Below are positions 39,450-51,328 of a stretch of DNA of 64,000 nucleotides, piece by piece; positions within the stretch are counted from its first letter, which is position 1, and every line of letters starts with the position of its first letter. The stretch is from positions 92,194,001 to 92,258,000 of the forward strand of contig NC_059431.1 of NCBI RefSeq assembly GCF_021028975.2. Direction: 5' to 3'. The notes below the pieces were generated by a model. The model was not told the origin of the DNA. It saw only the letters and a list, made by a program, of their open reading frames with translations, and did not search any database. This stretch comes from Sphaerodactylus townsendi. Lineage: Eukaryota. The position numbers and the translations under genes were made by a program.

Positions 39450-40050
39450 TCAAGATGGAAACCCTAAATTTGCAGCACATCAGCAATTTTTCTTAGAAGG
39501 ACTCCAAATGTAATGAAGTTTTGTTCAAGGAGTCCAGTTCTATGAGCTCCCAACAGGTGTATCATCTTCCACTGGAGTTTTTAATTGTTTTCAATGGAAG
39601 ATGGGGGTGTCTCCTTTGGGGGCTCATCAAATTGGACCTACTGAACCAAACCTCACCACACTTAGGAGCTCTTCTAAGAAGAGTCACTTGCAGCTGTGCT
39701 TAAATTTGATGTCTCTGCAGCCCCACTCAGAGTTCCAAAAATTCCCCATAGACTTTAAAGGGCTAGTGATGAATTTGAGTGTGAAAAAAAGTTCCCACTA
39801 TTGACTTCAATAGGGGGATGGGTAACTATTTTGTTCCAATTGCAATCAATGGAAGATCATTGTGGGGCTCTGGGAGGCTGTTTTGCAAGGTAGAGGCACA
39901 AAATATGCAGCACAGCTGCTGGTGACACTCCTCAGAAGAACCCCCAAATTTGGTGAGCCTTGGGTTGGAGAATCAAATTCTATGGGCACCCAGTTTTCTT
40001 TCATTTAGATGCTGATAGAATTGGACCCCCTGACCCAAGCTCTACCTCAA
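39450..40050. repeat. Unclassified interspersed repeat, related to 3200-3700
   Basis: Shared internally repeated modules (AGAAGAACCCCCAAATTTGGTGA, CCCATAGACTTTAA, AAGTTCCCAC). Confidence 0.5.
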
Positions 40051-41904
40051 GTCTACTTCAAAATGACAACTGGCTGAAAGAGATTCTCCCTGTGATACCC
40101 TGATATTAACGTAACACACTGTTAAGGAATAGTACAGCTAATTATTATAGCTCACGGAATGAGCGCCTAAGAGCATGAAACTGAAGTTAAGGGAAGGAAG
40201 GTCCAATTAAAAAAAAAAGCACAGACGATGTAAACAGATTTGCTTTTGCTGGAAACTTGCAGGCAGGAATGCTCAGAATCCTGCTTTATAATTTAAGAAT
40301 GGCACTTTTATAGCCTGAGATCCCTGACCATATCTAGTTTGGTTTAATTAATTATGCAGCCTGATTCTTTTTCTCATAATCTGCTTGGCAAGCAATTACC
40401 CTCTAGCTCTCTCTAGTGGATCATTAGATTGTACAAAAACTTACCACTAAGGTTGCTTAAGTGAGGCTGTATTTTGTGCATTACCTGAAAAGGTGCATAT
40501 AAGAACATGGAATCTGCTCTAAAATATCTTGGTAAATGCAGCCACTCTTAAAGTAATAGTCATTTTAATGAAAAATGCTTTTTGCGGGGGAGGGGGGGGG
40601 AGGGAGGCAAAGTCCTGCTATCAAATATTTGTCAAGAACTGTGAATAGTGCAATGGTGGCTAAGGACAAATTGTAACAAAAGCACACATGGTGCTGGGGA
40701 TCCACAGTAAGACTCTCCAAAGTTAATCAGTGCCAAGGTGTTACATATGGATGGGGGCCATGGGGAAAGGGCAGTGATACTCAGTGACTCAGGGGCCATA
40801 CTTGGCTTTTTGACATGCCACTTGTGGCTATTCTGAACACTGTTCATGATAAGGCACCTGCACCATTTCAAGGAAGTGGGAAAGGCCATTGTCCAATGAA
40901 CCTTTGGGTCAATAGAGATCTCCCACCTTGAAACAACTACTGCTGGAAGGACTAAGGAACAGGTAAGCTGTGAGCCTCCTGAAGTGCAGGCCTCAAGGAA
41001 GTAAAAAAACAATCCTCTCCAGCAGCCCCTACCCTTCTTCATGGGCTTTGTAACGCTAACTCCAGCACTTAGACCACTACCAGGAGGACAGTAAACTAGC
41101 TACAGATAAAAGAGAGTAAAACTTCTGCCACCATCACAGCTGCCATTCAGGAAAAGATCAAGCTGACCACAGATCTGTGGTGGTGGTTTTCATTCCCCTT
41201 TCTCCCTGACCAGCTCACTCTCCTCTGAGAGTCCTGCCAATATCATGCTGTCACCTGAGCTGCTGTTTGCTATGCTGAAGAAAGAATGTGGAAGCCCTTC
41301 CCTTCACTCCAGATATGCAAGGACTGTCTAAGGTTCAACGCTGGTGGAGAGAGACAATCCAACATTCTCAGAAGTACTTAAAAAGGTTATCACATATTTA
41401 ATTTTAATAGTTGTATCTGTGTGTTTGGTAGGAAGGAACTCGGAGTGCATTGTAGTTATGTTTGTCTTTTGCGTTGATGGTAATTGGGAATGTGGCTCTC
41501 CACTGGTCTGGCACAACTGCTTCCACTGTATCGTTTCTCCAACTGAAAGTGGCCTTTCTGGGCCACATTTATCCCTGGTAGAGGGAAAAGGTACCTGTAT
41601 TTCTTCATGTATATGATGAAATGCTAGCGCAAGGGACTATTTCTGGTCAGGAAAATAGTGCTGGTTATAAGTCCCCCCTCCCAATCAGGGACTTTTTTCA
41701 GCTGAAACACATGTTGGGGGATCCAATCACAGATTCCCCAATAAGTCACGTGATTTCAAACTCTGTGTAAGTTTTAAGCTTGGCAAAATAGAGATGTCAT
41801 TCTGGCACCTGAACAATAACATATACCCAGTGCCTGGATTGGCAATGCAAGGTCTATGCATACTCATCAACTGATGACTGCACTATCAAGCTGTGACTTG
41901 CATG

Positions 41905-42041
41905 CAGTGGTGGGATTCAGCAGATTTGCACCATTTCGGCAGAACCGGTTGTTAAAATGGTGCTTGTCAACAACCAGTTGTTAAATTATTTGAATCCCAC
42001 CACTGGAACCGGTTGTTAAATTATTTGAATTCCCACCCCTG
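41905..42041 (-). mobile_element. hAT MITE, long form (137 bp)
   Basis: Reverse orientation of the 36752 copy; perfect TSD CTTGCATG; internal TIR copy GAATCCCACCACTG at 41992-42005. Confidence 0.9.
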
Positions 42042-42987
42042 CTTGCATGTATGAATGAGCTATAAGATTCTCATACAACTGAGACACAAAGCTTCACAAT
42101 CAGTTGTGAGTAACTAAATATGATAAATTAATTGACTTTGAGTGAGTGTTGTCCAACCTACAGTGGAGATGATTCATGCATGCAAGACACTTGTTTATCT
42201 TGTTTATATGAGCCCCCTTGCATATGGCCAGAACCCATTTCTGGAATCACAGCTGCAATGTAGCAAAGAGTGCTATTTTCTTCCATGTTTATCAAATATT
42301 GTTTGAAGTGGCCAGATCCGTTCCACACAGCACAAAAAAAGACGTCTGTGGGACGTCTTAAAAAGAGGTGACTGCTTCTTTTCACTCTGGACACCCAAAA
42401 TAAGACTTCCAGGGGACATCTTAAAAAGAGGCAGCTGCAGGTTTTGTTCTAGATGGCTGGTTTGAGAGGGGGCTGCTGGTTTGGTTCTAGACAGCAAAGG
42501 CATCAGAGGGAGAAAGAGGCTTTTATCCACCCAAACATTCTGCTCTCTGGTCAGTTTCACTCTCCACTTGCACTCAATATTTTGTGTGCTGGGCCCTTTC
42601 CGCAAAGCAAATGTATAGCAGGTTGCAGTTGGGATAAAGTAACCCACTTTCCTGTTTTTGCGTTCACATGCATTCATGCAGGTAGCGATTGGAAACAATG
42701 GAAACAATGTGGATTGCTGTTGCGCCTTCGCACGGAGGTGCCTATATTTTTTATTTACCTCCCATTGATGCGTAGCTGTGCAGACATGCACAAGTGAACC
42801 CCCACAGCCATGCTGACATCTCATGATACCACAGTACGATCATTTGCACCTGCATGGCTATGCAGATGTGAGCTGGGAAATTTTTAAAAAGGAAAGCGCA
42901 GCTGAATAAAGTATGCCTCCTTCCTGACCATTTGCTTGAAAGTGGCTGCAAACCGGGGTTTTTCGAAAGACTCACAAATAGTACAAT

Positions 42988-43380
42988 TCATAGTTGTACT
43001 CAGCTCTTCCTGCCAATTCTGGCAATATATAGTTTCTTATTTTTAAATTTTTTTCAAGGAGCTATCTTCAAAGATACGCAGACATGCATAAAAGAATCCT
43101 GGCTGCTCAGAGGACTGCTTTACCTCCCATTGAGAAGCATTGGGTGTACCTGCCTTCCATGGACTTTCCAGTAAGAAAACAGGAAAAAAAGAAAAACCTG
43201 TAGTAAGAAAAACTAAGTCAGTCCACATAGGGTAGGTCTACCCAATGCTTCTCGATGGGAGATAAAGCAGTCCTCCGAGCAGCTAAGATTCTTTTATTTG
43301 TCTCTGAGTATCTTTGAAGATAGCTCCTTAAAAAAAAAAAACACTAGGAATCAACAGGACGAGCTGAGTACAACTATGTA
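42988..43380. repeat. ~390-bp imperfect palindrome (foldback/MITE-like)
   Basis: CATAGTTGTACTCAGCTC...AAGGAGCTATCTTCAAAGATAC...GGACTGCTTTACCTCCCATTGAGAAGCATTGGGT pairs with ACCCAATGCTTCTCGATGGGAGATAAAGCAGTCC...GTATCTTTGAAGATAGCTCCTT...GAGCTGAGTACAACTATG. Confidence 0.85.
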
Positions 43381-43757
43381 CTTTTCAGGCTGAAATAGTG
43401 CCCAGGATTGGGACCTGGAGAGCAAATATCCTAGGGAGAATCTTTTGAGCAGCACACAAAATGTCAGGTGCGAGCAGAGGGTAAAACTGACCAGAGAGCA
43501 AAAATAAGTGAAATAAGTCGGGCAGAAAAAATAAAATGCCTCCTGACAGAGGTGTATCTTGGAAAAATGGAACCTGGGGTAAAATCTGAGTTTTCTGTCA
43601 CCACCCCCTCCCCCCGTATGGGTGGCTGCTCTCCCCCACCATGACCAAACAACTTTCTTTTGCACCAGGTCATCTCAAAGTCACCATCACATTATAGAAC
43701 CTGTCCCAACTCACAAATCTGAACACAGCAATAGTCCATGCCACATAGCAGAAATCG

Positions 43758-44296
43758 TCATGATTTCTGCACTAAGTCACCCCAAAATCACCAGCACATC
43801 ACAGCTCAAGATCTTAGACACATGTCTAAACACAACAATCACTCAACCCAACTCTGTGGTGCCACAGTGGCACAAAAACCTGCTTGAAAAACACAGATCC
43901 TCGTGGATCCTTATGATTTCTGCACTGTCACCCCAAAATCACCAACACATCACAGCTCAGGACCTTAGACGCATGTCTGAACACAACAATCACACATCCC
44001 ATGTTCCGTGGCACCACAGTGGCACAAAAACCTGCTTGAAAAACATGGATACTTGTTGATCCTCGTGATTTTTCCACTTGGTCACCCAAGATCACCAGCA
44101 CATCACAACTCAAGCCCTTAGCCACATGTCTGAAAACAACAATCATGCATCTTGCAATCTGTGGCACCACAGTGGCACAGAAACCTGCTTGAAAAACACA
44201 GATCCTCGTGGAGCCTCATGATTTCTGCACTGTTGCCCCAAAATCACTAGCACATCGCAGCTCAAGACCATACACATATGTCTGAACACAACAATT
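43758..44296 (+). repeat. Tandem array, ~153-bp unit, about 3.5 copies
   Basis: (A/G)TGATTT(C/T)T(G/C)CACT recurs at ~43760, 43913, 44066 and 44218; CCACAGTGGCACA(A/G)AAACCTGCTTGAAAAACA occurs three times. Confidence 0.92.
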
Positions 44297-45128
44297 ATGC
44301 CTCCAGAGGGGGAAAACATCGACTATTTTTTTGTTCACCTTCCATTTGACATACACTTAGGTAGCTCCATATTTCTGCCTTTCCATTCATCTCTCCCCAG
44401 CTGGTTTCCAGCTAGCCCTCCTTGTAAGCAAGTGTGTGTGTGTGTGTGTGCATGCGTGTGTGTAAGGTGGTATTTGCCTTGACCATGGCCATGTACCCCT
44501 GCCCCCTCTTTTCCTGGCTGCAGTAGATCCCAAATGAGGAGTAAGGCTTTCCAGCCTGGACACCTGAGTTTTTGAGCTGGAAAGAAGCATCAAGAGGGGG
44601 TAGCAATTTTAGGGCTGGATTCTCTAAGGGACATAAAGGTGAAGTCACTGGAAAGGGAAGGGGTGCAAGCTGCACACAGAGTTTCAAGGAGGCTAGGATA
44701 CAAAGAGTGGTGATCAATAGAGGGAAATAGAGGAGTACGTTGAAGGGAAGGTGCTATTTACCATTCCTGAAGGGAAGAAGTCGAATGAGAAGGAGAGACA
44801 GCAGCCAGCATTGCTCACAGGCACAAGGAGGACATTTAAGTGCAAAGAGCCATGGATTGGAAGAGGGGCTGTTTATAGGAAAAGTTAACACTCTGGCTAT
44901 TATAAAAAGGGCTACTTTCCAGAAACAAAGCAGAGTTCCATTTCCAAGCAGGAACAATGCTATAGAAAAAGACTTGATTTGGTTTAAAACCTAGCAGCAC
45001 CCAACTCCTTTCAAAGTTGGGCTGCATTGATGATATTAGGAGCAAGGCAATTCTAAGTTAGAATGAACCTGGAATGTTAACAAAGAAACTCAGGAAGGCT
45101 GATCATTTTTTTAATAGTTGGATAAAAG

Positions 45129-45229
45129 CAGTGGTGAGATTCAGATAATTTAACAACTGGTTGCTTACAAGCACCATTTTAACAACCGGTTCTGCTGAAG
45201 TGGTGTGAACTTGCTGAACCCCACCACTG
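45129..45229 (+). mobile_element. hAT MITE, short form (101 bp)
   Basis: Near-identical to 14274-14374; degenerate TSD GATAAAAG/GATAGGAG. Confidence 0.85.
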
Positions 45230-45329
45230 GATAGGAGGTTTGAGATCAAATTAATGTTTGGGGAAAGGGATTCAGGTAATCTAGCTGGTTCACTTATAGA
45301 CTCAGGGTGTGACCCCTTTTGGGTTCTTT

Positions 45330-45469
45330 GGTCCCTTCCACACATGCAGAATAATGCACTTTCAATCCACTTTCAATGCACTTTGCAGCTGTGTGGAATA
45401 GCAAATCCACTTGCAAACAATTGTGAAAGTGGATTGAAAGTGCATTATTTTGCACGTGCAGAAGGGGTC
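45330..45469. mobile_element. PIF/Harbinger-type MITE (sister subfamily of 18187-18327)
   Basis: CCCTTCCACACATGCAGAATAATGCACTTTCAA...TTGAAAGTGCATTATTTTGCACGTGCAGAAGGGG. Confidence 0.82.
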
Positions 45470-46945
45470 TGTGTGAGGTCAAGGAGTGCTTGTTCAAGGT
45501 TGTGCTGTTGTTATCCAGATCTGAGTGGCTGAGCCTTCAGGGAAGGCATTATCTACTGTTATGCATACCTGATTTGGGAGGGAGAAAACATGTGTCAGGC
45601 ATAATCCCTCTCAGCATCACCCTTTAATTAAGAGAGGTTTCCAGCTGAGTCTGGTTTAAAGACCTGGCTTGTAGGGCATTTTAGAAAATCCCCCCCTTAC
45701 CTGTATAGCTGTGGGCCTGCATACCAACAACAGAGGTAGAATTTTAATTCAGTTCCAAAATTAAAATACTTTGCAAAGGATCACACTAGTGTACACTGTC
45801 GTTTGTCAATTGGCTTAGAGGACAGATTGCTTATTTCTGTATCAGGCCTCAGTGAGCCAATTTTTCTCCATCCAGGGTCAGCAAGCTGATCTTAATCCCA
45901 CCAATTCACAGCAGCAGTGCAACATTCTATCATGTTTCTGCAAAGTATTATCTGTTTAATAAGTTTCACAATAATACAGCTCACACTAGTATTAACTCTA
46001 CTAAAGCTTTGTTTAATTGGATCCATGTTGATTGAGAGCAAATAATTTGCGTAGAATGGTTGAAAACTGCATGGAAGGATTTTTTCCTCCATTTTAGGAG
46101 ATGATCTTGCTAAGTAATATGCATAACTGCTTGTGTTTTATATTCATTTAAAACTGAATTGAAACCTGCAGACAAAGAATTGATTGGCTAATTCAAATCA
46201 ATATGCAAAGCTATTCTTCAATGCTTTTAAGCCCCCCCCCCCAATTCCTTATGACTCCATAATCCCAGTGATGCTGCTGCTGAAAGAACTCTCCCCTCAG
46301 GGTTTAGATTATAGATTAAATAATATTATGTCCTTGGTTTCCTATCCAGAGTAACAGCCTTTCCTTTCTCGACCACTTGTTTCCTGCCAATAGCACACAA
46401 ATCCTCCTCTTTCTAATCCTTGTATTATTTTATCCCAGGCCTATTTTATCTCAGTTTCCTCTTATTTCTTCAAACTTCTGTTTTGCCAGACAGTGGTCCT
46501 TTTCAAGTTAGCCACACTATCTCTTGAACAGTCTTCCTACTAATTCTCCCCACATTTTTTTTTTATCCCACCCTTCCTCCAAGGAACCCACGGTGGCATA
46601 CTCGGTTCTCTGGTTTCTCCTCATGAAAATCTTTGTGAGCTATCTTAGGCTGGAAAAAGGCTAACTTGAAGACATCCAGTAAGATTCATGGCAGAATGAC
46701 ATGAGATCATGGCAGGAGATCAGCTTCTGCAGATCTTAAGTACTATGAGATAGCACTAGCGTTTCTTTTCTGTTTAGACTTTTCTTGCCCTGGTTCTTGG
46801 TTATGTCTGACTATCATACTTCACATACTTTCACTTCAGGTTCTTGTTCCTCAACTTATTCTGTCAGGCATGTTCATTCAAAGCACTTTCAGCTTCTTAC
46901 TATGTAGGAATTTTGCACATACCTCAGCCAAACTATGAGGAATTG

Positions 46946-47255
46946 TTCTGGTGGGTTTTCCTGGCTGTGTGGCCATGGTCTGGTGGATCTTGTTCCTAAC
47001 ATTTCGCCTGCATCTGTGGCTAGCATCTTCAGAGGTGTATCACAGAGGGAAGTCTGTTACACACTGTGTCCAGAGAGAAGGAAATGTTTGGGGTATATAT
47101 TGTCCATGTTCCAGGGTGGGGAACCAATCAGTAAATGTTTGGGTGGAACTTGTTATGCGAAGATGTGGTTAATAGTATTGTATTGCGGGTGAGGTTTATC
47201 AGTCCAGGGAGTGATTCAATTTTCATGCCCTGCAGCAGTATTGGTGAATGCAAAT
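46946..47255 (-). mobile_element. Penelope-like (Poseidon-type) retroelement terminal fragment
   Basis: Minus strand reads CCTCTGAAGATGCTAGCCACAGATGCAGGCGAAATGTTAGGAACAAGATCCACCAGACCATGGCCACACAGCC, which I recognise as the typical squamate Penelope terminal-repeat motif. Confidence 0.7.
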
Positions 47256-47308
47256 TAATCCCAGACAATTTTTCTTCCCTCTCAAAAGGTAGATGTTTGT
47301 CTGCTCCC

Positions 47309-48476
47309 TGTTATGGCCTTAACAGGGGTAAGGGTTTTATTGAAGAGAATCTCCACCAGCTGCTAAAAGTGTAACAGCACACATATAGTTTTTAAAAGTA
47401 GCAAAGGGGAATGAACTCACATTGGCAGATCAGGAGAGGGGCCAAGAGGAGATCTTTTAGACTGTATAATACGGGGAAGGAATTCTGGCAATGGATATTC
47501 CACAGAGAAGCAAGACTCCAAATTGAATTTAAATGTTTTATATAAATTTCTTCAAAAATACAAACACACAGTAAGACATAAGGGCACATACATTCAAGTT
47601 CCTAAGATATAAAAAGGTTTTAAAAGATAGATTGGATGATAGAAATGGAGAGGGGTTTTCAGGGTATCATACGTTACCCCTAGAAATTCAGCTGAAGAAG
47701 ATCTTGTAAGAAGGCAAGGATTCAAATGACCAACATCTGAATCCAGGCAAGGAGACGATATCGTGTCTCAAACTGAGCCAGACCAAGGAAGGAATTACAG
47801 GCTGAAGTAAGAGCACATGTGCTGGGGCGAACTAGACTTTTATACCCTTTTCCCCAGGTAGGGGCGGGAACAAGTGAGTTTTAAGTTTCATTTTTCTAAA
47901 TTCTCTGGAACTTCCCATGCTGGGCTTGGGGGTGCTGAGGTAATTAGTCAGCTCATCTACTGCTAAACCCGGGACAATGGGGCCAAAATTGCTTTGTTAA
48001 GCTAAACGAAAAGACTTCCATGCAGATTAACTCTTGAGAGTCACTGCCCAGGATATTCAGATTTAGCTGAGACATTTAGATCAGGATAAGGTGAGTGGTT
48101 TAGGAGTCATAACAAAGGTAGAGGAGATGCAGAGAAGCAACCCTTTGTTGCTAGAAGAGATAGTGAAATTCAGCAACTGATGCTAAAGTGGCTTTCCATA
48201 GTCTTTGTTTTAACAGTATCTTTGCAAGGTGTGGTAATCAAGATCATGCCCACAAACAATGAGACCTCCAGGTTATGCTGGAGTAACTCATTATCTTAAC
48301 TGAGCTTTTGTTAAAGTAGTTTTGACCTTTTGGCTGTGGTCTGCCTTCAGCTTGGACACTCTGCTAACCACACGAAAATATGAAAGGTGGCTTCTGCCTA
48401 TGTAGTTTAACAGGAAAATATTATGAAATATATATATATATATATATATATAATAGGATTGGTCAGAGGGCTTACA
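47309..48476 (-). mobile_element. Solo LTR (ERV-like, 1168 bp)
   Basis: TGTTA...TTACA termini, 4-bp TSD TCCC; minus-strand TATAAAA (~47838-47844) upstream of AATAAA (~47336-47341). Confidence 0.8.
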
Positions 48477-50512
48477 TCCCTCAGCAACTATTTCAAGGTA
48501 TTAACAACAGCTTAGCCTATCAGTAAGAAAGGCTATAGTGTGATCTGTTCAGTACAAAACAGGTGGAAGATTTTTTATTTTCCCACCAAAGGCAGCAGAA
48601 ATAATATAGTGATTCTAGAATGTTGAAAGAAGTCTGCACAAACATTATTTCCACAGTTCATACAACCACTCTCTAAGGGAGGCCAATGTTATTAGCTCAA
48701 GTACAGATGTGGGGCAGCAGGCTGAAGTTTAGCGATAGAGGTTTGCTCAGGCTACCTACTGAGTTCATGGCAGAAGAGCATTTCTGGTTCACCGCTCAGT
48801 CTCTTAGGCACTACAATTGCTCTCAAAAGATTTCTGACCAAGGAGCAGTAGTTTATGTGCGTGACATTGCACCAGAAGAATCTAATACTTTGAGAGATTG
48901 CAGCACACAATGCTAAAGTCAGTTGGGTTGATCTCTTGACAACTTACATGCTCAGTCTGTCAATCAGAAAGAGAGTTCATGAGCAACAAAGCATTTGGCT
49001 CCAGCTCCCTCTTCAGACAGACTCTCAAGTGCCAATTTGCTGAGCTGTGAAAGAATTTGGCCAGCACTAAATGCATCCCGCTCTAATGAATCTCACCCTC
49101 CAGCTGCTGTAGTTCAATTATGGGTCTCCAAAAGCTCACCAGTAGGCAAGGAGATAGTTCCATTTTTGACAATTGGTCTGACTTCTTTTGGCCCAGAAAA
49201 CTACAGAAGGGATTTGAGAAAAAAGTAATTAAAATCCATATCATTCTAATGGAACCAAGCAAGAATTGGATATTAAGATCACCAACCTCGCTGCATGTTA
49301 TCAGATTGCATCAGAAATAGAAGATGACCTGAGACAGACAGCTTAACTTCTCCCCAGGCCTGATGAAATGAATTACCATTTCTTTGATGTGCCAGATCCA
49401 CAGCTTATTTCTAGGTTTCAATATGCAAAGGGCATCCTTATGGCTCAGAAGCAGACAATCGAAGGACTAAGCCATCATTTCAGTCCATTGCTTCATGGAC
49501 ACCAAAATTTTACCCAAAACAAAATTCAAAGCATATTAGTGAGGCAGATGGGAACAATCAGACCGATTTCGCAGGACAATGGCCCTTTGGCAGCAGAGGC
49601 AGGAACATATATCTCTTCCATCCTTTCTTTTCTGCCCTCCTGCCTTCTAGCAGCTACATAGAATCTCAGGACTTTGCATAACTAGGAAAACGTATTTCTT
49701 GCAGCCTTTGGAATAATATCAAAACACCATTTCAACAGTCAGAATGGAAGAGACTTCACTCCCTGTCTCTATTGTAGCATTCAAGTAAGGAGATTTGGAA
49801 AATCATGGCAGAGAGGGCATGGAGGCTCAATGGTTGAAGGCTCACAGAAATGATTGTGGAATAGTTTCAAAGCCCATCATACTACCAATATCATGGAAAA
49901 TGTAACGGGGTCAAAGTCAGGATTCACCCAGTTATTTTCTAGCTCTGTACTTTGGCTATCCAAGCTCAGTTTTGATTCAGTCTTAGAGGAGTTTCCCCAA
50001 CATTAAATGCAATCAACTGGAGACCATTCTGGCTGCTAAAAGCAAATGGGGAACCCCTATTATGTTATATGAGCTCATTGTGCACCCTAAAGAGACCATG
50101 GAGTTCTGGATGTGAATCAAAAACTATAACACATTCATGTCAACGTCTTATCACCTTGACAATAAAATTTGCAAATAATGCCACAAAATTGCTGAATGTT
50201 GGATAATTACTCTGAAAGTATTTAGTATAGGAGTTTTAGCTACATTCATTTTGTTTTCTGAAGGTTGTCTGAAAACAATTTGTCTATTTTTGCAAATGAT
50301 CCATTTAAAGATTTTCTCCCTGCAGATTCATTATGACAGACTGATAATGCTTCTGTTTTTTTAAATTTTTGGCCTAGACATTTTCTTCCTTCCTTTCCCC
50401 ACTTACTGTTTGTATCAGCCTTTTCCCCTTGTCCTCTCAAGTCTTTATACCAAAACCTCACATTCTCTGAGGTTGTTGTCCTACTCACATGTTGCTTTAT
50501 GGTTGCTTCTAT

Positions 50513-50794
50513 GGGCCTTTCCCCACTTACCTTAAGCCCCGCGCTACTCTCTTCAAGTAGCGCGGGGTCCTTGGGCACTCCCCACGACAGGGGCAGCCAC
50601 AGCGAAGCCGCCCCGATGCTGCCGCGATCGCGCCCCCTCAGCGTGCGGCATCCCTGGCGCTGGAGAAAACGGCGCCTGTTGATGACCCTGCGCAGAGCGC
50701 GGGGTCATGGGGACGCCCGGGCCCGCACCAGGGATGCCGCACGCTGAGAGCAGCGCACAGCATAGGGGGGATCGCTTCGAGTGGGGAAAGGCCC
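50513..50794. mobile_element. CpG-rich MITE (Harbinger-like)
   Basis: Perfect 15-bp TIRs GGGCCTTTCCCCACT / AGTGGGGAAAGGCCC; internal hairpins (CCCCGCGCTACT...AGTAGCGCGGGG; CTCAGCGTGCGGCATCCCTGG...CCAGGGATGCCGCACGCTGAG). Confidence 0.8.
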
Positions 50795-51230
50795 TTTATC
50801 AACTTGCAGGGTTTTCTTTTCTCTGACTTCTTGTTTCTCTTGCACTCGGGGTATGCACCTGGGGCATGCATGCCCCCTGTGCCCCTGCTGTGGTGCCGTC
50901 CACCCTTGCCATGCCCCAGAATGCCCCTGCCATGGCCCCAGAATGGCAAGGCCATGCCTCTGCTGCAGCGGCGCCCGGGGCGTCAACCCCCACTCCCCAT
51001 TGGTACTACACTACTACTTGCACCTGTTCCAGAAACTGAAATGCAAAATACAGAACTTTAAGTAGACATCTAGAGAGAATTTGGTCATCCTCCTGAATGC
51101 ATAAGTATTTAAAACAGCCTTGCTCCATCCATTAGCAAGACTACCCCATTTCACTTCACTGTTAATACTGAAAAACATGGTTTGTGATCTTCATTTGTAG
51201 TTCAAGGCATCATGGGGAAAAATTCTAACA

Positions 51231-51328
51231 CTGGTTGGAGAATATGCTAATACTAACCTCAGTTAAAACTGCGACATTCCTGGTTGGAGAATATGCTAAT
51301 ACTAACCTCAGTTAAAACTGGGACATTC
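51231..51328 (+). repeat. 49-bp direct tandem duplication
   Basis: CTGGTTGGAGAATATGCTAATACTAACCTCAGTTAAAACTG(C/G)GACATTC twice, one mismatch. Confidence 0.95.

Noticed and set aside
41344-41616. 90-aa Cys-rich ORF or possible exon 41431-41591 (TAG|...AAG|GTACC)
   Set aside because: Weak splice sites, no family resemblance and no partner exons; cannot be supported without RNA or homology data
42273-42824. 183-aa minus-strand ORF
   Set aside because: No recognisable motifs or splice context; lies in repeat-like sequence with overlapping ORFs on both strands
43758-44296. CRISPR-like repeat array
   Set aside because: The entire ~153-bp unit repeats with no unique spacers, there are no cas genes, and the context is vertebrate
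50499-51065. CpG-island promoter with short ORFs
   Set aside because: CpG richness is confined to a TIR-bounded MITE and an adjacent repeat fragment
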